From the NCBI GenBank assembly GCA_030269625.1, contig JAJDFZ010000001.1, forward strand, positions 680 to 64,679: a stretch of DNA of 64,000 nt. Reading direction: 5' to 3'. The notes beneath the pieces were generated by a model. The model was not told where the DNA came from. It searched no databases and was given only the letters and a program-made list of their open reading frames with translations. This document shows, piece after piece, positions 21,187 to 29,380 of this stretch. A program made the position numbers and the translations under genes. How positions within the stretch are numbered: the first letter of the stretch is position 1; each line of letters begins with the position of its first letter. The DNA is from Oxalobacter sp. OttesenSCG-928-P03 (GTDB lineage Bacteria; Pseudomonadota; Gammaproteobacteria; Burkholderiales; Burkholderiaceae_D).

Positions 21187-21759
21187 ATGCCCCATTCATT
21201 CCGTGCCTTTTTTTTCGCTATCGCAGCCCTGTTCTTTTCCATCTGCGCCCCTTCCGCTTTTGCTGCCGGCTATGACAAACTGCAGGAGCCCTATCCCGGC
21301 CTGATGGCAGAAGCCGAGGAAATGGCTACCCTGGACGCTATCATGCCCGTCCGCATTTTCAACCTGGCATCCCGCTTTGCCGAAGCCCCGGACCCGGAAC
21401 TGACGGCAAAACTGGTCGACAAGGAACTGACTCGTTCAACCGATAAACGGGGATTTGTGCGCCGTGTCGGCTATACGGCACTTCGCTTCATGAAGCGCAA
21501 GGATTTCAAGGGCACCAACGTTTCCCAGGTCATTATGCGCGGCCTGGATGACCCGGTGGAATGGGTGCGTTATGACGCGGTCTGGGCTGGTGAGGCTGTC
21601 GGGCTGGACACACCGGCTTTCCGGAAAAAGCTGGCGGAAATGGCAAAAGGACTCGACCCGTCAGAATACGAATCCATTCCGGCATCCGACGCCAAAAAGC
21701 AGCGCCAGCGCCGCGCCGGGCGCTTGCTCAAAAAGCTTGAAACGGGGAAGAAAAAGTAA
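21187..21759 (+). CDS. exported HEAT-repeat-like protein
   Basis: signal peptide ending SAFA; GLDDPVEWVRYDAVWA HEAT-like motif; start reassigned, RBS AAGGA. Confidence 0.7.
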   Translation: MPHSFRAFFFAIAALFFSICAPSAFAAGYDKLQEPYPGLMAEAEEMATLDAIMPVRIFNLASRFAEAPDPELTAKLVDKELTRSTDKRGFVRRVGYTALRFMKRKDFKGTNVSQVIMRGLDDPVEWVRYDAVWAGEAVGLDTPAFRKKLAEMAKGLDPSEYESIPASDAKKQRQRRAGRLLKKLETGKKK

Positions 21760-21816
21760 TATCACTGTCCTTGCTGTGCATCCTGCGATCAGATGCACAG
21801 CAAGGACAGGGCGCAG

Positions 21817-22197
21817 TCAGGTTTCGATCAGTTCGATCCGGTAGCCATCCGGGTCTTCCAGGAATGCAATCACCGTGGTGCCGCCTTTCACGGGACCCGG
21901 CTCCCGGGTGATGGTGCCGCCCTTTTCCCGGATGCGGTCACACAGGGCATAAATATCTTCCGTGCCGATAGCGATGTGACCATAGGCGGTTCCCATCTCG
22001 TAGCTCGTCACCCCGTAGTTCCAGGTCAGCTCCAGCTCGGCGTGTTCGGGATTGCTGCCATAGCCCAGGTACGCCAGGGTGTACTTGAATTCGGGATTGT
22101 CCTTGGTCCTGAGCAGTTTCATGCCCAGCACATTGGTATAAAAGTCGATAGACCGGTCAAGATCACCGACCCGGATCATGGTGTGAAGAAATCGCAT
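21817..22197 (-). CDS. gloA: lactoylglutathione lyase (glyoxalase I)
   Basis: [38 protein letters not shown]. Confidence 0.95.
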   Translation of the reverse strand: MRFLHTMIRVGDLDRSIDFYTNVLGMKLLRTKDNPEFKYTLAYLGYGSNPEHAELELTWNYGVTSYEMGTAYGHIAIGTEDIYALCDRIREKGGTITREPGPVKGGTTVIAFLEDPDGYRIELIET

Positions 22198-22250
22198 GCC
22201 AATCCTTTCTTTTTTGTGTTTTCAGCGTTGTTTGCCGGAATCTGTGGTGG

Positions 22251-22769
22251 TTATCCGGTCCAGTCCTCATCTTCGGTCCAGACGGCTTTTTTGTCTGCCA
22301 GCGAGCGCGGCAGATCCAGGATGCGCTGGTTTGACGAGCCGCGAAAGCGAAGCGACAGATTGCGCTGGCCGATCAGAAACGGCCCGTCAATGAGGATGTC
22401 GGCAAGTGAAAGCAGTGCCAGCACATCCGGATCGTTTTCCCTGAGAATTTCTTCCAGCGTATAGCCGGTGTAAATGGCGAGGTCCAGCCCCTCCTCCCGG
22501 ATCATTTTCGCCAGCGGTAAAAGCGGTGCAGCCTGAAGCAGGGGTTCTCCCCCGCTGAAGGTTACGCCGGTCAGGATAGGGTTTTTGCGGATATGGCCGG
22601 CCAGTTCGTCAACTGTGCGGGCAACACCCCCTTCTCGCGGTATGGCCTCGGGATTGTGACAGCCAGGGCATGCCCTCGGGCAGCCCTGGAGAAACAGGAC
22701 AAAACGCAGGCCAGGGCCGTCTGTTATCGAGTCATTTTCTATGCCAGCGACACGAATCGTCTCAGACAT
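22251..22769 (-). CDS. nrdG: anaerobic RNR activating enzyme (radical SAM)
   Basis: DGPGLR, CPRACPGCHNP, SGGEP, FRGSSNQR; start overlaps the nrdD stop. Confidence 0.95.
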   Translation of the reverse strand: MSETIRVAGIENDSITDGPGLRFVLFLQGCPRACPGCHNPEAIPREGGVARTVDELAGHIRKNPILTGVTFSGGEPLLQAAPLLPLAKMIREEGLDLAIYTGYTLEEILRENDPDVLALLSLADILIDGPFLIGQRNLSLRFRGSSNQRILDLPRSLADKKAVWTEDEDWTG

Positions 22770-25086
22770 TGTGCTTGACACGTTCGGACTCCTCGGCCCG
22801 CTTCGCGTTGTTGAAGCGGTCCAGCGTACCGACCAGATAGCCGGTGATACGGCGGATACGTTCAAACTTGGTGCTGCTTTCCTCCTCCTTGCGGCCGCAT
22901 TTCGGGCATTCACAGTTGATGATGCCGTTGTAGCCGCACACCGGATCGCGGTCAACCGGGTGGTTGACCGAGCCATAGCCCACGCCCGACTCTTTCATGG
23001 TGCGCACGATTTTTTCGAATGCCTTGACGTTATTGGAGGCATCGCCATCCAGTTCGACATAGGTAATGTGCCCTGCTGCCGTCAATGCATGGTAAGGCGC
23101 CTCGATCTGGATTTTTTCGTAGGCGGAGATGGGGAAGTAAACCGGGACATGAAAGCCGTTGGTATAGTATTCACGATCGGTCACGCCCTCGACCACGCCA
23201 AATTTTCTCTTGTCCATCCGGACAAAGCGGCCGGAAAGCCCCTCAGCCGGTGTGGCCAGAAGCGAGAAATTCAGCCCGTGCTCTTTGGTCATTCTTTCGA
23301 GGAAATCATTCATGAAGCCGATAATCTCGATCCCCAGGTTGCGTGACTCCGGGGATTCACCGTGATGCTTGCCGGTCAGTGCCACCAGTGTCTCGGCCAG
23401 GCCGATAAAGCCGACCGAAAGCGTGCCATGCTTCAAAACCTCGCCGACTTCGTCGTTTGGCTCCAGTTTTTCAGAGCCGATCCAGATGCCCTGCCCCATC
23501 AGGAACGGGAAATTGCGGACTTTTTTGGCTGACTGGATTCGGAAACGATCCAGAAGCTGGCGGCAGACCAGCTCCATCTTGCGTTCCAGCTCATCAAAGA
23601 ACCATTCGATGTTTTTATTGCTGTTCAAGGCAATGCGCGGCAGGTTGATCGAGGTAAAGCTGAGGTTACCGCGACCAAAGGCAATTTCGTTATCCGGGTC
23701 AAAGGAGTTGCCCATGACGCGCGTGCGGCACCCCATGTAGACCGCTTCCGTTTCCGGGCGGCCTTCGCGGTAATAATGCAGGTTGAACGGCGCATCCAGG
23801 AAAGCAAAATTCGGGAAAAGCCGTTTTGCGCTGACACGGCAGGCCAGCTGGAAAAGATCATAATTCGGATCAACCGGGTTGTAGTTGACCCCCTCTTTCA
23901 CCTTGAAGATATTGATCGGGAAAATGGCGGTTTCGCCGTTGCCCAGGCCCGACTCGGTTGCCAGAAGGATATTGCGGATAACCATGCGGCCTTCCGGACT
24001 GGTATCCGTGCCGTAATTGATACTGGAAAAGGGCGTCTGCGCACCGGCACGGCTGTGCATGGTGTTCAGGTTGTGCACCAGCGCTTCCATGGCCTGGCGG
24101 ACATCCCGGTCTGTCTCGCTCTCGGCGTTTTCCTGCGCAAAAGCCTGGACAGCCGACAAAAGCGCCGGGTCTTTCACCATGGGCAAAAAGGCTTCCATTT
24201 CCTTCAGCCTGAAGGCTTCCGTCATGGACAGGCTCGGGAAAACCCCGAATTCGTTTTCAAGCGCCTCGTACCTGGCCTTGATATCGTCTTTTGAGACATC
24301 AAGCGATTTTGTCAGCAGCTTCAATGCCTTGACGAAATTGGAGACGTAATTCTTCTTGTAGGATTTTTCCACGCCCAGCGCCAGGCCATAATCAAAGTTC
24401 GGAATGCTCTGGCCGCCGTGCTGGTCATTCTGGTTGGACTGGATGGCAATGCAGGCCAGCGCCGCGTAACTCTGGATGCTGTTGGGTTCCCTGAGATTGC
24501 CGTGGCCGGTTGAAAAGCCGCCTTCAAACAGTTTCTTGATATCGATCTGGCAGCAGGTCGTGGTCAGGGTATAAAAATCAAAATCATGGATATGGATGTC
24601 CCCTTCCGAATGGGCCTTGGCCTGCTGGTTGGAGAGGACAAAATTCTCATAATAGTTCTTGGCGCCTTCCGAGCCGTACTTGAGCATGACGCCCATGGCC
24701 GTGTCGCCGTCAATATTCGCATTATCGCGCTTGATATCAGAGAGGTTGGCTTCCTTGTGGGTCAATTCGTCGAAAATACGCATCAGGCTGGAGTTTCTTG
24801 CCCGGATACGGCTGCGTTCGGAACGGTACAGGATGTATTTTTTGGCAACATAGGCATAGCCGTTGTCCATCAGGACGGTTTCCACCGTATCCTGGATATC
24901 CTCAATGCTGGGAGATGCGTCATTGAACAGGGCGCTCAGCTTTTTTTCCACACCTTTTGCCAGTCGCATGCTTTCTTCTTTATTACCGCGGTTACATGCG
25001 GTCAGTGCTTTATTGATTGCTTCGGCAATTTTCACAATGTCGTATGGCACCATACGGCCATCACGCTTCTGAATGGTCTGGAACAT
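22762..25086 (-). CDS. nrdD: anaerobic ribonucleoside-triphosphate reductase (class III)
   Basis: ATP cone KRDGR, TTCC, YMGCRT, Zn-binding CPKC region, glycyl radical motif RRITGYL; start reassigned to MFQTIQKRDG. Confidence 0.96.
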   Translation of the reverse strand: MFQTIQKRDGRMVPYDIVKIAEAINKALTACNRGNKEESMRLAKGVEKKLSALFNDASPSIEDIQDTVETVLMDNGYAYVAKKYILYRSERSRIRARNSSLMRIFDELTHKEANLSDIKRDNANIDGDTAMGVMLKYGSEGAKNYYENFVLSNQQAKAHSEGDIHIHDFDFYTLTTTCCQIDIKKLFEGGFSTGHGNLREPNSIQSYAALACIAIQSNQNDQHGGQSIPNFDYGLALGVEKSYKKNYVSNFVKALKLLTKSLDVSKDDIKARYEALENEFGVFPSLSMTEAFRLKEMEAFLPMVKDPALLSAVQAFAQENAESETDRDVRQAMEALVHNLNTMHSRAGAQTPFSSINYGTDTSPEGRMVIRNILLATESGLGNGETAIFPINIFKVKEGVNYNPVDPNYDLFQLACRVSAKRLFPNFAFLDAPFNLHYYREGRPETEAVYMGCRTRVMGNSFDPDNEIAFGRGNLSFTSINLPRIALNSNKNIEWFFDELERKMELVCRQLLDRFRIQSAKKVRNFPFLMGQGIWIGSEKLEPNDEVGEVLKHGTLSVGFIGLAETLVALTGKHHGESPESRNLGIEIIGFMNDFLERMTKEHGLNFSLLATPAEGLSGRFVRMDKRKFGVVEGVTDREYYTNGFHVPVYFPISAYEKIQIEAPYHALTAAGHITYVELDGDASNNVKAFEKIVRTMKESGVGYGSVNHPVDRDPVCGYNGIINCECPKCGRKEEESSTKFERIRRITGYLVGTLDRFNNAKRAEESERVKHNV

Positions 25087-25294
25087 TTTTTCGGGCCTCT
25101 TGAAAATATTTTTAGCGATAATTCTGGAATTGAACCCATCAATTATATCCCCCAATCCCAAAACCTTCAGGGCCCATCACATTTCATGCGATCAAGGCCG
25201 GAAAACAAGCTCTGGCGCGGGTTTCACAAAACCGGGCTGACGTAAACCCCTTTCGAAAACGGCATAAAATCGTCACCGCCCTTCCCGAAAAAAA

Positions 25295-26227
25295 TCAGCG
25301 TTTCTTGATGTAGGTCAATTTGTGCGCGATCCACTCATAGCCATTGACCAGGGCAATCCCGACCAGGACAAAAAAGGCGCCGGTCAGGAAAGTCGATTCA
25401 AGCGGCTCATCAAGCAGCCAGACCCCGAAAATAATACTGAAAAGCGGCGTCATGAATGAAAGCACCCCCAGGCGGGAAGCAAGATACTCGTGCAACAGCC
25501 AGAACCAGAGCAGGTAACTGAAAAACGAGACAATCACGATCTGGTAAAAAAGACTACCCCACAATAAAGGCGTGGAAATGAACGCCTGCTGCCCCAGGCA
25601 GAGCGTTGCCGCCGACAGCAGCACGAAGGCGCCGACAAGCTGGTACAGGATCGTCTGCGTGGTTGATGCCCTGGCAAGGCTGGTTGTGCGGATCACAACG
25701 GTTGTTGCTCCCCATGCCGCCCCGGCCAGCAGCCCGAGAAAGTCGCCCCACAGCATGTCCATCGACAATTGCGCGGCATCAGGCGATGCACGGCCGGTAA
25801 ACGTAATGGCAACGCCTGCAAATGCCAGGACAATACCGGCCCACTGCAGCCGCTGGAGCCTTTCCTCCCGCAGGCGCCACTGCAATCCAAGCGCGGCAAA
25901 GATCGGCGCCGTATAAAGAAAGACGCCCATGTGGGAAGCCGTTGTATGCCGCAGCCCCTCGCCCGCCAGCAGAAATTCAAGCGCAAAAAGCCCGCCGGCG
26001 ACCAGCCCCGGCTTCCATGTCCCCTCGCTTAAAACAATACGCTCACCCCGGTAGCGCATCAAAAGCCATATCATCAGCGCGGCAAGGCCCGAGCGGATCG
26101 AAATCTGCATGAGCGGTGACATCACATCCGCCACCGACTTCATGGCAACCTGCTGCATACCCCAGATAATGCAGATCACGGTCATCAGGCCGGTTGCCCG
26201 GCCATCGATTGGCTTGATGTGAGTCAT
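25295..26227 (-). CDS. DMT/EamA family transporter
   Basis: two EamA repeats; IWGMQQVAMK, FLYTAPIF, SFMTPLF. Confidence 0.9.
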   Translation of the reverse strand: MTHIKPIDGRATGLMTVICIIWGMQQVAMKSVADVMSPLMQISIRSGLAALMIWLLMRYRGERIVLSEGTWKPGLVAGGLFALEFLLAGEGLRHTTASHMGVFLYTAPIFAALGLQWRLREERLQRLQWAGIVLAFAGVAITFTGRASPDAAQLSMDMLWGDFLGLLAGAAWGATTVVIRTTSLARASTTQTILYQLVGAFVLLSAATLCLGQQAFISTPLLWGSLFYQIVIVSFFSYLLWFWLLHEYLASRLGVLSFMTPLFSIIFGVWLLDEPLESTFLTGAFFVLVGIALVNGYEWIAHKLTYIKKR

Positions 26228-26489
26228 GGTCAGAATGGCGCTTTTGATACGGGCAGCCTTATGTGCCGGAAACGTCTGTCATGCTGATATTCTGCCCTTT
26301 GCCGGGTTTTGTCAAACGGGACAGGAGAAATCGCACAAACAAGATTAAATCAGCGCCTCAACACATTGTTTTAAAACAAAATCAAACTGGAGCCCAATCG
26401 CGATTCCCGCTGTCTTTTGCATCGGGGTTTATCCGGACGCAGCCTGTGCGATAATAAAATGCACATTTACACTCAACCCTGGGGGTGAT

Positions 26490-27236
26490 ATGTATTTCGA
26501 GGCACATGACGATACCGGAAAAATGGCTGCCGCCAAGCTGGCTACCCTTCTTTCCGATGACATTAAGGTTTCCCCGCTGGTGCTTGACGGCAAAAATGCC
26601 GCTGAAAAAACGGACTTTATCCGGAAATTCACCCGTTTTCTTGACGAACAGAAAGCCGGATTCAAATGCGTTTACATTGATGCCAGCGAATCAGAAGGCA
26701 ACCGGATTGCCATGATGAGCTTTCTTGCCGACCTGGCCCAAAACCTGCCTGAAAAAGACAGGGAAGCATTCTACCGGGCGGCAGAATGCCTGATGCGGCT
26801 GGTTTCCGAAGAAAAGGAACTGCTGAATAATTATCTTCGCCGCAAAAGCCTCAACTCGCTGGTCAAGGCCGTATCCGATGCGAAAATGGAAGCCCTGCTC
26901 AAAAAGCACCTGGAAGCCCAGCGCAATATCCGCATCATCCGGGACATCCTGGAAAAATACACGGCAGACACCCCGGTTCTTGTTTTTATCGATGGCCTGG
27001 ATATCTGCACCGCCGATTTTGTTGTCAAGATCCTGATTGCCATTGATATCGTCTTCAGGGTCAACAACATGCAGTTTGTGCTGCTTGCCGACATGGGACA
27101 CCTGTCCGGCTCCGTTTCCTCCTTTTATGGCGCATCGGTCAATCCGGCGGCCTACCTGGAAAGAATGACGGGATTTTGCCTCAAGTTCGGCCCGTCTGTC
27201 AGCAAGGAAGACGACCTTCTGGCCAGGCAGTCCTGA
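26490..27236 (+). CDS. KAP-family P-loop NTPase-like protein with degenerate Walker motifs
   Basis: SPLVLDGKNAAEKTDF (Walker A position), CVYIDA, VLVFIDGLDIC (Walker B position), YGASVNPAAYLER. Confidence 0.65.
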   Translation: MYFEAHDDTGKMAAAKLATLLSDDIKVSPLVLDGKNAAEKTDFIRKFTRFLDEQKAGFKCVYIDASESEGNRIAMMSFLADLAQNLPEKDREAFYRAAECLMRLVSEEKELLNNYLRRKSLNSLVKAVSDAKMEALLKKHLEAQRNIRIIRDILEKYTADTPVLVFIDGLDICTADFVVKILIAIDIVFRVNNMQFVLLADMGHLSGSVSSFYGASVNPAAYLERMTGFCLKFGPSVSKEDDLLARQS

Positions 27237-27272
27237 GCATGCCTGCCCGTCAATAAAAAAGCAGGCGGATTG

Positions 27273-27599
27273 TCAGCGGATTCTTTTTTGTGTCGTGTAC
27301 AGGATTTCACCGGTTTCGGCACTGATCTTGTATATATATTTCATGCTTTGGTTGATCACAACGACGTGATATACCCTGACCCCGCCTCTGTACCGGCCGG
27401 ACTGGCACTTGACGATATCCCCTCCCCCTGATTTGTCCAGCGCAATCTGCCGGGCCTTCTCAGCGCTCACCGCTGTCTGCGCATGCCTTGCCTGGCCATT
27501 GTTTCCTGCTGCCGCATTGGTCGCAAAAACAGCCGGCAAAGCCGCCAGCAGCAGGGTGGAAAAAAGTAAGGGGAGCGTGAATCGTCTTTGTTTCGTCAT
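27273..27599 (-). CDS. PepSY domain exported protein
   Basis: signal peptide; VSAEKARQIAL...YKISAETGEIL; RBS GGAGG. Confidence 0.8.
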   Translation of the reverse strand: MTKQRRFTLPLLFSTLLLAALPAVFATNAAAGNNGQARHAQTAVSAEKARQIALDKSGGGDIVKCQSGRYRGGVRVYHVVVINQSMKYIYKISAETGEILYTTQKRIR

Positions 27600-27851
27600 G
27601 TTTTTACCTCCTGTCGGGATGATTTTTCCTTGCCTTGCCAATCCGCCAGGATGTTTTCCGGTCCCCGGGACAACATCCTGGCAGCAAAGGCTAACATTAA
27701 CACTGAACCCGGTTTTCTGCAGAGCACCCGGAAAAGCAGTACAGCAGGATAAATACGGCGGCATGAACCGGTTTCATGCAGGTTTCCGTTATTTCACGCA
27801 GGATTTCGCGTAAAATCAGGCGAAACAAGAAAAATCCGGTTTGCCTTAAAC

Positions 27852-29027
27852 ATGCTTTCCTATATCTGGTTTCCCTTTATCATCAGCGCGGCTTCCGGCT
27901 ACATGTTCATGAGCCTCGCCCCACTCACCGACCAGTTCATGGCGCTTTTTGGTGTGGGCTATGCCGGGCTTTCCCTTTTTCTGAGCGCGCTCCTGTGGGC
28001 GCATTCCTTTGTCCAGTTGCCCGCCGGACTGATTCTCGACAAGCTGGGGATTTATCGGGGATTTCTGATCGCTGTGGCCATTGCCCTTCTTGCCAACCTC
28101 CTCCCCTTTCTCGCCCCGGAAAGCATGGGACTGGCAACTGCGCTCCGTTTTTGCGCAGGACTGAGCTCCGGCCTGATGTTTCTGGCAGGCGTCAAGATCA
28201 CCGGCATGATGGCGCCTCCCGAAAAGATGGCGCAGGCACAGGGCATCCAGGGCGCGGCATTCAGCCTCGGTATCATGCTGCCCTACGTTACCCTGCCCTA
28301 CCTGGGCGGGGAAGCGTGGCGCTTTTCCTACTGGATTCCCGCACTGCTCGTTGCCCTGCTTTTTGCCGCCTCACTGAAACTGCCCTCCAGTGTGCGCCAG
28401 GCAGGAAGCGCCTCAAGTTCGACGGCAAGCGAGCTGTGGCAGGCCGTCAAATCCATTTCCACGTCCGTGCCGATCTGGACCATCGGCATCTTTCACGGCT
28501 TTTCTTACGGCACGCTCAACAATCTCGGTCAATGGCTTCCGTCCATCCTCGCTGACATGGACGGCAAGGGAGATGTGGCAGCCTGGAGCCTGGGAACCGC
28601 CGTTGTCCTTCTGATCGGCACCATGGCGCGGGCTTTTGCCGGAACCCTCCTGCGATGGTACTCCCGCAGTTTTGTGACCAATATCGCCGTTATCCTCATC
28701 GCCATCCTGTATATCGCACTCGGCCTGACGGGCAATCCCTGGATCGGGCTGGGTGTAGGCATAGTTCTGGCCTGGCTTGGCGGCTCCAATTACGGTTCCA
28801 TTTTCAGCCTGACCGGCCAGAGTGTTTCCCCGGCCTACATGGCAACGGCATCCGGCTTCATGAACCTGGTCGGCAACATCACCAATGTGCTTTTGACCGT
28901 CATCCTCGGAACCGTCCGGGAATATTCCGGCAGCTTCAGCATGGCGCTCATCGCTGCGGGTGTGGTGGCGCTGGCGGTATGGTTTGCGGGATACCGGATC
29001 ATCCGCAGAATGGACAACCCGGCCTGA
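27852..29027 (+). CDS. MFS transporter
   Basis: about 12 hydrophobic segments, QLPAGLILDKLG motif A. Confidence 0.88.
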   Translation: MLSYIWFPFIISAASGYMFMSLAPLTDQFMALFGVGYAGLSLFLSALLWAHSFVQLPAGLILDKLGIYRGFLIAVAIALLANLLPFLAPESMGLATALRFCAGLSSGLMFLAGVKITGMMAPPEKMAQAQGIQGAAFSLGIMLPYVTLPYLGGEAWRFSYWIPALLVALLFAASLKLPSSVRQAGSASSSTASELWQAVKSISTSVPIWTIGIFHGFSYGTLNNLGQWLPSILADMDGKGDVAAWSLGTAVVLLIGTMARAFAGTLLRWYSRSFVTNIAVILIAILYIALGLTGNPWIGLGVGIVLAWLGGSNYGSIFSLTGQSVSPAYMATASGFMNLVGNITNVLLTVILGTVREYSGSFSMALIAAGVVALAVWFAGYRIIRRMDNPA

Positions 29028-29053
29028 CGCTTCCCGGAGCCTGTAAACCGGCC

Positions 29054-29380
29054 TTACAGCGCCATCACCAGATGGCGCTTCATGTTGATCAGGCCATTGC
29101 TGTTGAACGTTACCCCTTCTTTTTCCAGCAATTCACGCTGCCTGGCGGTAAAAGCATATTCAGGAGAAAGTTCTCCCAGGCGATTGACAACCCGGTGCCA
29201 GGGCAGCCTGCGTTTTTTCGGCGCGGCATGAAGCGCATACCCCACCTGCCGGGCATGCCTCGGCCTGCCAGCCAGCATGGCAACCTGCCCGTATGTGATA
29301 ACGCTGCCATAAGGCACCTGCTCAACTATCTGGTACACCTGCTCAAAAAAAGACAGCGGCGGTTCGTCTTTTATTTCCAT
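29054..29380 (-). CDS. alkyltransferase-like protein (Atl/YbaZ, MGMT family)
   Basis: VPYGSVITYGQVA, ARQVG, PWHRV (Trp replaces the catalytic Cys). Confidence 0.9.
   Translation of the reverse strand: MEIKDEPPLSFFEQVYQIVEQVPYGSVITYGQVAMLAGRPRHARQVGYALHAAPKKRRLPWHRVVNRLGELSPEYAFTARQRELLEKEGVTFNSNGLINMKRHLVMAL

Noticed and set aside
22770..22976. N-terminal extension of NrdG in the ORF track
   Set aside because: Overlaps the nrdD 3' end in another frame; NrdG homology starts at MSETIRVAG (22769)
25087..25294. FNR or NrdR boxes upstream of nrdD
   Set aside because: TTGAACCCATCAA is one base short of TTGAT-N4-ATCAA; no convincing NrdR palindrome
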